Assembly (NCBI GenBank): GCA_050084985.1
Contig: JBITNC010000001.1
Coordinates: 72,416,001 to 72,480,000 of the forward strand
Length of the DNA: 64,000 bases
Direction of reading: 5' to 3'
Source of the DNA: Nageia nagi
Taxonomy: Eukaryota; Plantae; Pinophyta
The notes under the pieces are model-generated. The model did no database searches and was not told the DNA's origin. It saw only the letters and a list, made by a program, of their open reading frames with translations. This document shows, one piece after another, positions 1 to 12,488 of this stretch. Each line of letters begins with the position of its first letter. The stretch's first letter is position 1. A program made the position numbers and the translations under genes.

Positions 1-296
1 TAAATGCATCTGTTGTGCCTTACACAACTCGCCCCCTAAATTTTGCAATTTCGAGGACCCTCGACAATCTGGAGCCTTGAATGTCAAGTCAAAACCATTT
101 CCCCTTGTCTCCAGTAAATCCATAACCTGAAATTGAAGTGTAATCGCCTATCCAGCCCTAGCCATCTCAAAGCGTATAGTAAAACCTCATAAATTAACTA
201 AGTCTGGCTGAGTGTAGATCAAGGTCTAAGTGGTATAGGGAAGTCCAAGTCAAGATTCAAGCTGAAACGAACGGACCCAGGCTCCTCCTAGGCTTG

Positions 297-1245
297 GCGC
301 ATGCTCCAAGAAGACAAGATTGTCTTTTTGGGACGTGCGCCCAGCCTGGAAGGAAGCCTGGCTTCGAAATTAAGTTCCAAAACGCAAACTGGGCCACTCC
401 TTGAACCAACGCATGTCATGAAAAGACAAAATCTTGTCTTTCTGGGGCATGCGCAAGTACAAGAAGGATCCATGAAATCAAGCCCGAAAAAGGACAAGTT
501 AGTGCATGAGAAGACTGGCATAGGCCTCAAAAAGACAAAATCTTGTCTTTTGGGAGCATGCACCCAAGCTCGAAGGTTGCCCGAGAAGACTTGGAGCCTA
601 GAAAGAAGAAATACACTCACCTAAGGGGTTGGCACATGCCTCGAAAAGACACAATCTTGTCTTTTTGGAGCATGTGCCTAGCCTAGGAAGCCCCCCAAAT
701 GGGACGAAATGGAGAATTTGGTAAGGCATGTTTTGAAGCTTGGAGCACACTCCAGCATAGCCAAAGTGGCTAGTGCATGCCTCCAAAAGACAAAAACATG
801 ACTTTTTGGAGCATGCGCCAAGCCTGGGAAAGCATCAGGCGGAGCAAGTATGGGAAAATGATAGTCCAGGGATCAGGAGGCCAAAACAAGGCAAATATGG
901 CCATTTGCAACCCAACACATGCCACAAGATGACAAGATTGTGACTTTTGGGAGCATGTGCCTAGACTGGGAAGTTGGAGAAGTTGGATGGAGTTTCAAAA
1001 AGACAAGATCCTGTCTTTTGAAACCATGCCCCAGGCTTGGGAAGGACCCTGGGTCAAGTCAGGAGGAGAAAATGAGCAAGTCGAACCCCAGAGAATTAAG
1101 CACCAAGCAAAATCAAGGTCAGGACGGTGCTTAGGGTCAAGTTGGATGAGTAGGAACACAAGGAGGGCCAATGTTGGGAATGCAACCACCCCAAGGGCTG
1201 GGCATGCCTCAAAAAGATGAAACTTTGTCTTTTGGGAGCATGCAC
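297..1245 (+). repeat. Array of 8 spaced palindromic ~44-46 bp repeats (GCATGCCTCAAAAAGACAAAATCTTGTCTTTTTGGAGCATGC-like)
   Basis: Copies start at about 297, 409, 518, 632, 773, 915, 986 and 1200. Each is an imperfect inverted repeat; the intervening spacers differ from one another. Confidence 0.9.
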
Positions 1246-1400
1246 CAAGACAAAAAACCTCAGAATCCCAACGATTGGTCCCGGACGGTCAGGAATAAGG
1301 TTTCAAGATGGCACACATCTTGAGGTCGACCACTTCAATGGTTGGGATGTGTTTTCCTCCAAAACTTAGCCAAACTAGGGTTTTAAAAATGCCCACATCA

Positions 1401-1410
1401 GCTATAAATA
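1401..1410 (+). promoter_or_regulatory. TATA box upstream of E1 gene
   Basis: GCTATAAATA lies between the array and the ATG at 1623. Homologous GCTATAA(A/G)AG occurs in E2 (~24416-24425, -) and E3 (~49070). Confidence 0.55.
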
Positions 1411-1622
1411 TTAACTTGGGGACCTCATTTTCCCAAATTCAAATCACACTCTCTTCTACACTTGCACTGAAATTGCAGATTTTTGAGTTTCAAATCCATC
1501 CATTTGCTTGGGGAGGCTTGCGCAAGAGATATAGGATGATAGGAGGAAGACGTGGGGGTCATAGGCTTGCCAAAAAAAAGCAACACATCACCTCGAAGGG
1601 TCCCGTCATTTGTTAGGGCATC

Positions 1623-2664
1623 ATGACTAGTTCCAAAAGCAATTTGGCCAAGGAGTATGCACGAGATCTGGAATACATCAAGCAAGAATGCCTCATCACC
1701 ATATGCGAGCGACAAGACCCTTACCCAGGGGGCTAAATTCTCCAAAAATGGGTTGGCCACTATCAAGGACACAGACTGGCAGAAGGTGGATCCGATGCAG
1801 ATGAGGGAGAAGATTAGGAACAAACCCATCACAAGTTGAAACAAGACATCGTCTTCTTCTCGAGGCTCTCAACTTGTACATTCATCCCATTCATAGCTCC
1901 TTTCCCAGAGTTGTGCTTGGAAGTTGGCCAGCATTGGAAGATGGGTGAGAGTGCTCCGAGACATGAAGGGCAACATCATCATGGACTTCAGCCTCGAAGG
2001 CATCAAGAAGGCATTCCAGTGGATGGTAGAAGGCAACTTTAACTACACAGAAAGAGGAGTCGTTGGCATGCTATCGGGACACCAACAGGGTAGCTGGAGC
2101 AATCAAGAGTTGGATGTTAGAGGAGCACCATGGTCTAAAGGGTAATGCACCTATCAATGCCCCTCACTCCCACTTCTACCCCTCTGTTCAATTAATGATC
2201 CTCATGTTGTCAAGAGTTCTTAGGAAGGAGGATGCATCCAAGTTTCGAAAGGAGTTCTTCGGCTTCATCGTCGAGATAACCCAGGGAAAGAAGATCGAGT
2301 GGAGCAAAGTGTTAAGCGACAGTATCATGGACCAATTGTCATTAGTAGGAACCATACACAAGTTCTACCTCAACTCTTGCTTGGTATACCTATTACTGCA
2401 TTGCAAACCGAGGCCCACAGCTTTAGGAGAGGCAGACTTGACCACAAAGGGAACATACGCAATGTGGAAATGCTATCCTAAGTGGAAGGTCGAGAGAAGA
2501 TGGGAAGACTTCACAATGAGGAGTGATGGATGGGAGTACAAAATTTACAAGGACCTTAAGGGAGAGATTATTGTTGCTAGGATCTCCAACATAGCCCAAG
2601 ATGTGTTGAGAAGACATGGAGACTTCTTCACACACCACCAACACTACTCTTACATCCGTCTCTA
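1623..2664 (+). pseudogene. E1 gene, N-terminal conserved domain (retrotransposon accessory protein, possibly PMD/Transposase_28-like); frameshifted and cut by Athila LTR
   Basis: ORF fragments 1657-1839, 1836-2042, 1924-2145 and 2063-2664 join up. Motifs IPFIAPFPELCLEVG, MLSRVLRKEDASKFRKEF, KFYLNSCLVYLLL, YPKWK and DGWEYKIYKD match E2 (IPFATPFPKLCYEVG, MMSRVTSKEDDYKFRNEF, KFYMNSYLIYLLL, YPKWW, DGWEYQIYKD). Confidence 0.75.
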
Positions 2665-4219
2665 TGATGAGTTAAATAATGACACTCCAAATTCCCCCAG
2701 GGCTGTCACTACCCTCCCCTTAGTGATCCTCACACCTGTTATTGTGAAGGGACCAGTTAACTCAAAGAGTTGGTACACCAACACTCAGGAAAGCTTTTAG
2801 TTGCCTCTCACTAAGTTTGGAATATCAACATTTATCCTCTTCATTACTTTTATCAAATCCGGGAGGTGTTCAAGGTTGTATGCTATTGAGCTCTGCTCTC
2901 TAAGCTGTATCTACTTCAAGCAAAGTGGCAGAAAGCAAATGTGCAGAATTGAACGTTGCAGAATTGAAAGTACAGGAATCTGAAATACTAAAAGAGAGAC
3001 AAACTGGAAAATGCTGAACTTAAAGCAAACTCACATTTGGAGTGGGCCCTTGCTCCTCTTGGTGGAAGACTTAGAGAACTCAGAACTGGAAACTCTTTAA
3101 CAGATCACTTTATTGTTGCATGCAGTTCGTCTTACATAGAATGTGCTTGACAAATCTAATACAGAGCTTCAACACAATAATCTATTCACACAATACTTTC
3201 TTAATTTTCTAACCCCTCCTACCGTCAACAATTGAGGTATAAAATATCTTCCATTGTTTAACAATAGGTAGGTCAAGAATAACCATAATCTGAACAGTAT
3301 TCTGTTATGGAAAACAGAATCATTTATTCTACTAACTGGCTAATACTAAAATTATCATACTAGTAGTATCCATGCCCTGTCTAAAGAGAGCTGCAATCCC
3401 TTAGAAAAAGGGATAGCTCATCTCAACAGGTCAACACTATCCTATTTACATTCATAGGTAGTTTTTTATGCTTAAATTGGAGTCAAACATACTCCAAAAA
3501 CAAGAATCATATTTGACTATATCTGATGTGTTGAAACCATGCTTATACAGACTATATCTGGAGCAGTTCATATCTCCTAAATATCTGGATCATACAAGGT
3601 TAGAATAGAGCTAACAATATAGTCAAAGATGACAATCAACTGCTTAGATCTAGGCCTGGAGTGGAAGCTCCGGACAAGTTTGAAGCAGGAGCTCCGGATG
3701 AGTCCAACATAGAGGCTCCAGACAAGCTTGAAATAGAAGCTCCGGACAAGCTTGAAATAGAAACCTTTGACACGTCTGAGTTGAAGACCTTGGGTGAGTT
3801 GAGAAGGGCTCCAGACAAGTCTGGAGGAGAGCTCCAAACAAGTCTAGCTCTTCTTTATTCAGATGAGGCGCCAACTATGTCTGGAGCGGAGCTCCGGACG
3901 ATGCAGACCTGTGTAAAAATCTGTCTGGAGCGGAGCTCCAGACAATGTAGAATTTGTTCAAAGGCATCTTCACAAGACTTGCAACCCATCCAAATTACCG
4001 ACCATCATTCTATGTAGCAAAAAGAAGCATTTTTGTTCAAAACAAACACAAAAGTATAATCAGTATGCACAAAATACTAATATAAGGAAGGTATGCATTT
4101 AACCATATATTAAGCAACTAGATAGTTCAACCATTACAAATAATCCGTCCCATAATGTCCAAATATACAAAATGAACTATTGAACCGTGCCAAAACCAGG
4201 TAATTTCTGAGACTCATCA
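2665..4219 (-). repeat. 3' LTR of Athila copy 1
   Basis: Terminal inverted repeats TGATGAGT...ACTCATCA. Homologous to 32722-34569, with fewer 24-bp repeats. Confidence 0.93.
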
Positions 4220-4271
4220 CTCTCACCAGCTGAAAACATTGCTACCCCTGGAGCAATAAAAGGAGACAGTT

Positions 4272-6547
4272 TCAATTAGAATCACTGGAACTGTCATCAA
4301 CAGTAACAACTGATGGAGCATGAACTAGATGAGTCAAATCATAGGGTCCGTCAGCGAGTTGCAATCTTTGGCAGGTCCGAATGTCAATGGTGCCTTGTTG
4401 AACTTGTGGAACACTTGCTCCTCCACCATGTTGCCGGATAAGCCGAGACTCCCAAGTTCTAAATGTAGCATTTGATTGGGGCCCGTTTTCATTCTCATCT
4501 GGAACAGGGAATAGAAGTAACGGAGGACGAAACTGACTACCAACCCAATTATCAGGATCTCTTTCTAGCAGAGAGATGAGAGAGAGAGAGCTCTCCTTCT
4601 GCTCCAATATAAATTACCAGGTGTGAACATTTCATGAACACGGAGCTCATAGTGTAAACCCATCCAACGTGTGTTACAACACACAACAGCTTCATCAAAC
4701 ACAGTGTGAAGAGTTTCTCGGCATTCCTGTACACATTGTGATATTGCTGCTTTATACTGGGCTTTAATGGGGCCCTGTACAAGAAGTGCATGCAATGCAG
4801 CCTGAAACTGTTGGGGAAAGTATATTCGCATTGGAAAGACATCATTCTCCTAATTGTTCTGGAATTGAGCTATTTCTTTTTCTCCACTGAATCTGATTTA
4901 ATAGGGCAGAAATAAAGGCCCTTAACTGGACTTCTCCCACATACAGGTTAACAAAGAACCCCTGATCAGACGGAACAAAGAAACCGTGAATAAAGCATTC
5001 ACACATCAAGAAGCATTGCTCTTCCGAAGCAATAGAATATTTCCTGAAGAAATTGTTTGGGGGTGTCTAAACAATAAGGTCGCCCTTTCGTAAGCTGTGA
5101 TAACTGCCATCTATAGAAAAGTTCTTTCAAATATACACTGTAAACTGATGAAGGTGAGCCTAGGCGTAGAATTTCCTCAAAGATGGAGGAAGCATTCTGG
5201 ACAAGTTGCCTTGGAACAGCAGAGGTTTGGGAGAGTGCCGCAACTCTACGCTGAGCTTCTTCAAATTTATCTTGTAGACTCTGATGCTCAGCCACCAACT
5301 GTGTATGTACTGTGTTGAGATCAGAAGAGGCATATTGTTCCTGCGCTATCTGATATCTTAATTCTTCAATTTCCTGTCCCAGCCTAGCAGTGGAAGCTTT
5401 CTCTTCTGTCAAAGTAGACATACAATCAAAATTCTGCTGAATTCTGTCCTTTAAAGCTAACTGTTCAGCTGTGATGTGCTTAATCATTACATGGAGTGTC
5501 TGTGCGTCCATGTGTTGTCGCCGCATTGTGGCATTAGCTACAGCCAACTCTCTGTTTTTCTGTTCTGTCTCAGCATATTGGGCACGCAGAATCTGATTTT
5601 CTTGCTCCAATTGTTTAGTCTTTCCCTCTAATTCCTGAACCCGAGTTAATAGCAATCCATATGACACGTCTAGAGTAGTAGGCGAATTTGCAGTCACAAA
5701 ATCCGGCTGCAAACTGATAGAAGCTTGTGGTGATGCAACACGTGATCTCTTCCTACACGGTCTAGCGGAAGACTCTGCATGTGGTTGATAGATGGAAGGC
5801 TTATCTTGGATATGAGCTGTTGGAACTGCCTCTACCCGATTTATGCTAAATACAGGTACTGTATCCGTTTCAGCAGCCTCCTCCTTGCCTTTTAAAAATG
5901 CTTGCCAGGCTTCTCCACCAATTTGAAGAAAATACTCCCGACAGATTAGAGTGATAAGTCCATGGTGTTTCAAAGGTGAAATCTGATTCGACTCACGCCA
6001 CTTAGCAGCCATGGACTGCAGACTGTCAAATAAATGTTGGGGAATATTATACCTATACTTTGTTGGGTGTCGTAATTGAACCAATAGTCGCATCTGATGT
6101 CCTTGCAGTGTTGCATACTAGCCCTCACAAAAGAAATATTTCAGCACCCAGGTGGCAACTTCACTCCAAGGCTCGGGTAGGGAAACGCGATTAATTCCTC
6201 GGTTGCGTCCTTTGCTCGTGAATTTAGTTGCGCGGGGTTTAGCAAGATGATGGAAGGCGTCGAGAACATCATCCGGCGATTCCTTTCCAAGTGTCAACTC
6301 TTCGCCTTCAGCAGGGATACCAGAGATGGAACTGATTACTGCAGGAGAAACTGGAATGGTGTGCCCTCGCAGAGTAACAGAATTCTCATTCAATTCGGCT
6401 GCAAACTGCCGCACCAACCAGAGTTCATGGCCCTGAAATTTGTCGAAAAAACGGAAGCCATTGGGCCGTGGCAAATATTTCTGACACCCTTTGATCCTTT
6501 CGAAGCTCTTCCGTTGAGCTGGGTTCTTCTCGGCGCTTCTGACCCAT
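4272..6547 (-). pseudogene. Athila 3' extra ('env-like') ORF, ~760 codons: conserved N-domain, coiled coil and unknown C-domain; disrupted
   Basis: Runs MGQKRREEPSS...WLPFFDKFQGH...KYFFCEG...LKHHGLITLI, then a heptad region, to ...TVDDSSSDSN*. Sits between pol and PPT; copy at 41532-43803. Confidence 0.8.
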
Positions 6548-7830
6548 TTTTCTGACAACCAGTTGGTCTGCAAATGCTTGGTTGGAGTTTGAATGTGGCG
6601 AGGTGGCGAACAGAGCATTAATGGCGGATGGTGGTGTAGCGTGAAAATGGATGTCCGGTACGTGTGAGGATGGTAAGGTGATATACCACTGATTGCATGC
6701 ATGATAATCTGGAGCCGCCGCTTGCCTCCAATGAATCACATGTCATGTGAAGGACGTTTGACATGTGTGAAGTATTGGTTGATGTGAAGTAAAAAGGTGG
6801 TGGTTGATTTGTGTGCAGGGAAAAAGGTGTTAGTTGGTTTTATTTATGGCATGGAAAGAGGTGGCAGCCAGTTTTTGAACCGTGTGCCATGGAGTGGTGA
6901 GTATGGATGTTTGGATACGTGGATGTACTTGGTTACTGAGCTGTCCCGTGGTCCGTTGTGCTGCGCTCCCGACAGGTGACGTGTCCTTGAAGACTGGTCC
7001 ATCACGTTGTAACTGAAATCGTGTCAAGCGCATTGTGCAAGGGAGGTGACGAAGAAACTGGCAGCTCTGGAAGTGTTCAGAGAAACATCGTCCAACGCTC
7101 CAGTCACCATACGTATGCAAGATTCACACCATCTTTCGGAACTAAAATAGTCCCTGTTGACATGGGAATTCTGCATGTGACCCTGCATTATTATATAATA
7201 TATATATAATTTTAAATAATTTTTTTTTTCTCGTTTTTTTTCTTTTTTTTGTTTGCATATAATACTAAGCTTCTTGTGTTTCCAGTGTCAATGGTTTTCA
7301 CCCGACAAGTGTCAGTTTCCTGATTTTCACTTGTCGACTGCCAAATCCACTGGAATCAATGTTCCACACGCCTGGGGAACGGGGATACGGGGGAACGCGG
7401 GAACGCATATCCGGGAACGGTGGGGAAAAAATAGGGTCTTTTGGGGAACGGCAGGGAACGGCAAACATAATACTAGTAAAAATTATTAGATTTTTAAGAG
7501 TATCATTTCCAATTCATTTTTATTATGATGAATGATCATATTATCAAATTTAATTATGTATGATGTATACAAAATTACAAATTAAAAACATGGAATCGAA
7601 ATTACTCAATTAGAAATTCAACTTCATAGCCCATCAAATTAAAAAAGCCCAAGGGTAAACCACTAAACCGTAAATCTGATAACACAATCATAATATCATA
7701 GGCCATAGCCCATAGGTCTGAAAGACTGAATGAAATACATAGATGGGACATCAGTATGTCGAATACGGAATACGAATAAGTGTTTGAATAACAAAATGAA
7801 AATGCCAAAATATTAAATAACCACTATAGT

Positions 7831-10800
7831 CTATGGATCTATAGGCTCATGTGCTAATGGTTGTGCATCCATATCCTCCTCATCTGTTGAGCTATCTGAC
7901 GATATGCTCTCATCATCTAAATGAAGAGTATGCAATGGCAATCCAAACATCGACTCATCAGCCTCATCATCATTAGCCTCAAGCTGGCCTGCCTCCACTG
8001 GATCAATGTCCCAACGTGCATCTGGACTAGCTCTATACTCTGGCGTAACTCTCTCTCTAAGGCGAAGAGAGCTATGCACTGCAACTAACTTCTCTGCTCT
8101 ACGAGAAGTAAGTTTATTCCTTCGCAGACTATGGATAAAGCCATAGGTAGACCAATTTCTCTCCGCAGCAGATGAACTACCCACTTACAAACAATCATTC
8201 AAATTAGATTTTTCATTTTTGATTATGTGAGAAAGGAGCATAGTACAATACTTAATGGCATGGCAATGGCATCTACTAACCTGGGAAAGGAGCCTAATCG
8301 CAAGATGCTTCAAGTGTGGAGCATCATCTCCATATAGCTCCCACCATCCAATGGGATCAGTTTGGGCAATGGTAGCCCTATCCTCCTTGCACTCTTGCCT
8401 GCTAAAACGAGGACCCTTAAGTCTCACAAATTTTACAAACTCCTCTCTAACTATACGACCATCCTCTCGTGAAAACATTTTGGCAAGGAAGTTCATGAAC
8501 CCATCTTTCAACTCAACATCATCATTAGGTGCCATTTTCCCAATCTTTGGTGCATACCATTTTGGGTTCAACACATGGGCAGCCATATGGAGAGGGGTAT
8601 TCATTTTATTCCACCTACAAAAAGTTAAAAAAAATAATTTAATAAACTTAAAGACAAAAGTTAACAAACCAAATTGAAACTAAACTCTAAAGTTAATGAA
8701 GGAGAAACTCCAAAAGCCAAGTATTGTATTAATTTGATCTCTTATAAATACATATGACTTTGTCTTTTCATTTCACCCTCTAAGGTGACTTTTGGACTTC
8801 TTTAATCCGCAACTATTAATAATCATAAATTACCTTAATCCCTAAGGATTAAGTTTCCAACATTCCCTCCTTTAATCCGCAAGGGATTAAGAAATAAATG
8901 AGAATACAAAGATGCCTCAAGGTGTGTAGTAGATGCTACAAAACATTTCTGGAGCCTTTTCTGGAGCTCGTCTGGAGCCTTTTCTGGAGCTCTGATACCA
9001 AATGAAGAATTTTGACCATTACACAATATTGAAACCTCAGATAACAGATTGCATTAACTGAACTTACAATGGAGCAAGATTACAATCTTAGAGCTTCAAA
9101 AAACGTTTCTGGAGCTCGTCTGGAGCATTTTCTGGAGCTCGTATGGAGCTAGTCAGGAGCTAGACAACCACTGCCTCGCATGATGAACACAATTCTCTAG
9201 CGTCGTCTTGTGAGAAAGCGTGGCATTGGGTGGACGTGCCGTCATGAGAGACCCAAAATGCGTAAGCGCATTCAAATCCTCCTCTCGCAAGGCATTGTTG
9301 CATCATCTGTCACATAATCATATGACAAACACGAACTAAGCTCATGTACTCGAGTCCATGTCAGTGAAACGAACTCATTCTGCGACACTACATGGAACAA
9401 ATTCGCAAAATAAAGTACCTTCAATAGCTCCGCTAAGGCCCGTCGGAAAGACCCCCGAGCACCCCTTCTCCCAACCGCCCATTGGCATCCAGACGGAGTC
9501 GCGTGCCCAAGGGATGGGTTGGACCCGAGTGGAGTTGAACGCCCGTGGGATGGGCAGAGTTGTGTTGATCGCCCATGGAGAGGGCCAGACTAGAGCAAAG
9601 CAGAGCGCCCAAGGAGTGGGCAAGACGAGGTCGGAGTTGAGCGAGGAGCTCCTCCGGGCCAAACGGTGGACCAAGTGGGGTCCGGAACAGAGCCGCCAGG
9701 AGCCGTGGCATGAACGAGTCCGAGGAGACGGACGGAATGCGATTGGAGAGAGACAGAGTTGGAGACCGCGTTGGAAGAGAGGAAGAGGCAGGCAGACGAC
9801 GACGTGGGAGATAGCAGGAGATCTTCTTCGGCCAAGTAGTGGGCGAGTGTGGATGGACCGGCGTCCAGAGTTGGAGCCCGTTCACCTACCCTGCGTGCGT
9901 TTCTGAAACTAGCATACGTTTTATTTTGGATACTGTTGTTTCCATTTTGGTGATCGTATATTTTCGGAAACAGCTTATTGTTGGTGGAGAATAGATTCTC
10001 TGCAAGCGTGGCATGGACCTGCCTTATTGAATTTTGCATAGGTTTGAAGATACCATGCACCCATATGAAATGGAGCCTGCCTGAGTAGACATGGTGCTTT
10101 ACTAGCCCTTGGTGAAGAGATTGAACAGAGAGAAAAAGAGCTTGCTCAGGAAATCTCACATAAACATGTTTGTGATGATGAAATCTCACATAAAGCCAAG
10201 TATTGTATTAATTTGATCTCTTATAAATACATATGACTTTGTCTTTTCATTTCACCCTCTAAGGTGACTTTTGGACTTCTTTAATCTGCAACTATTAATA
10301 ATCATAAATTACCTTAATCCCTAAGGATTAAGTTTCCAACATTCCCTCCTTTAATCCGCAAGGGATTAAGAAATAAATGAGAATACAAAGATGCCTCAAG
10401 GTGTGTAGTAGATGCTACAAAACATTTCTGGAGCTTTTTCTGGAGCTCGTCTGGAGCCTTTTCTGGAGCTCGTCTGGAGCCTTTTCTGGAGCTCGTCTAG
10501 AGCCTTTTCTGGAGCTCTGATACCACTTGAAGGAGAAACTCCAAAAGCCAAGTATTGTATTAATTTGATCTCTTATAAATACATATGACTTTGTCTTTTC
10601 ATTTCACCCTCTAAGGTGACTTTTGGACTTCTTTAATCCGCAACTATTAATAATCATAAATTACCTTAATCCCTAAGGATTAAGTTTCCAACAGTTAACA
10701 ATCAACATTTGTTTTTGTTACCTCTTCTCTATGATGGGTCTAATATGGCCTTCATAAAAAGAAGGATCTTTGGCATTAATTATTCTTTTCATTTCCCCAA

Positions 10801-12488
10801 GCATGCTATCGAAGGTCTCGTATATCTCTCCTAAATTAGGAGAATCCGTATCGGCATACCTTATCACTTCAAAAACTGGGGAAATAAAAGATACAATGTA
10901 CCTACATTAAAAAAAAAGAGTTAAAAAACTTAGAAAGTTAAATCTAATTGAACAATTACCTAATGACCAATCCAACTTGAAATTCAAACTACAATAATGA
11001 AACTTTCAAACTTTGTTACCAATTCTCATCCAAGACTTTATCTCTAAGTCTTTTTCCCTCCTGTGTTTGAGATTCTGGCCACCTCTTCCATTCTACACAA
11101 ACTACCATGGATTGTAGTGCCTCCTGCACCTCAATCATCCTTTGCAATAGGATGAAATAAGTGGCATATCTCGTATTTGCAGGTTTAAGAAACTCCTTTG
11201 AGAAGGAGCGAAAGAGGGCCAATGAGGTATGATGGTTGCAAATAAACATTTGCAAGTCTCTCGCTTCTGCAACAACATTCTTCACCCAATCTATTTTCCC
11301 AATGTCCCTCAATGCATTATTCAATACATGAACGCAACATGGGGTCCAAAAAATATGCCTGTAAGTGCCCTCTATCAATTTTCTTGCACGCTTGCAAACA
11401 GGGGCTGCATCTGTAATTATTTGTACAAAAAAAATTAAAACGTTACAGTTTGCCGTTTGGCATTTTACAACAATGTCAAAAATAAATTAGAAAACTAAAA
11501 GTAAAGTTTAAAGTTTTAAAATTTAAACTTAGTAAAGTAATTACCTGGACAACATTGGAGGATCCAACCTCCTCAATAGCCTCCTTCAACAGGAGGAACT
11601 GGAACTCTGCATCCTTTTTTTTTCCCAAGCAATCAACAGCTCGAAGAAAATAAGGACCCTTTGAACATGACACCATTATATTGATGAGTGGACGTTGATG
11701 AATGTTAGTCCATCCATCCATAATAATGGAACATCCACTACGCATCCATGTAGCCTTCATCTCCGACATCATCAAACTGCATCTACTATACTGCTTCTCC
11801 AAAATAAAGTACGGAGTCTGGTCTCGCCAGGTAGTACATATGAAGGTCCAGCCAACCTTACTTCCTCAAATGCTGCCCTCAAGTAAGGTGAGCGTGCAAG
11901 ATGAAAAGGCAAGGCATGTGCATAAAATAATCTTCCCACTGCATCATCAGCTCTCTCTTTCTGCTGCAAGTTTAATGCTTCAGCTATATTTCCTCTTTTT
12001 TTGGAGGGGAATGTAGGACTTGGCAAGCTAGAAGAGAGTCCAATTTCTTTTTCTCTAATTGATGAGGAGGAGGAAACAATGGAGGCTTGGGTAGATTTAG
12101 GAATGGCTGGCCCATGATTCCTAAGGTAAGCCTCTTGTGCAAGCCTACTAGCTTCTGCAAACATAAATTTATTCATTTCTTTACAAACCCTCACCCTGCC
12201 CCTTGTTTATCAGTCAAATGTGATTCAATCCTAGTATAACTCCCTTTAAATGTGGAGTTACAAATGTGACATTTATAAGTTCTTGCTCCCCCTTCAATCT
12301 TTATCCCAACATCTAGGTTTGTGACAAACTGTAACAGTGGTTTTTTTACGATTAAATGGGCCTTTAGCAAAATGTTTTAACATTGTGGATGGGCAATCAA
12401 AGACTGATGTGTTTTCTTGCTCATTTTCAACTCCCATTTGTGATGTTTCTACCTCATAGCTTTGATTTTCTTCCTCAATATCACTCAT
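7831..12488 (-). pseudogene. hAT transposase (DUF659 + hAT dimerisation domain), multi-exon, frameshifted
   Basis: Motifs LPFHLARSPY, GCSIIMDGWTN, IFWTPCCVHVLN, PANTRYAT, TPLHMAAHVLNP, WWELYG, SSSAAERNWSTYGFIHS. Confidence 0.9.
8697..10693 (-). mobile_element. Tandem/chimeric TRIM in a hAT intron
   Basis: Apparently identical 166-bp LTRs at 8697-8862 and 10528-10693, plus a partial LTR at 10192-10341. PBS-Met TGGTATCAGAGC (- strand) at 8989-9000 and 10514-10525. PPT AAAGGAGGGAA. Perfect TSD GTTAA (8692-8696 / 10694-10698). Confidence 0.93.

Noticed and set aside
9358-10189. Protein-coding gene captured in the TRIM
   Set aside because: Several overlapping ORFs on both strands in GC-rich sequence, with no recognisable domain.
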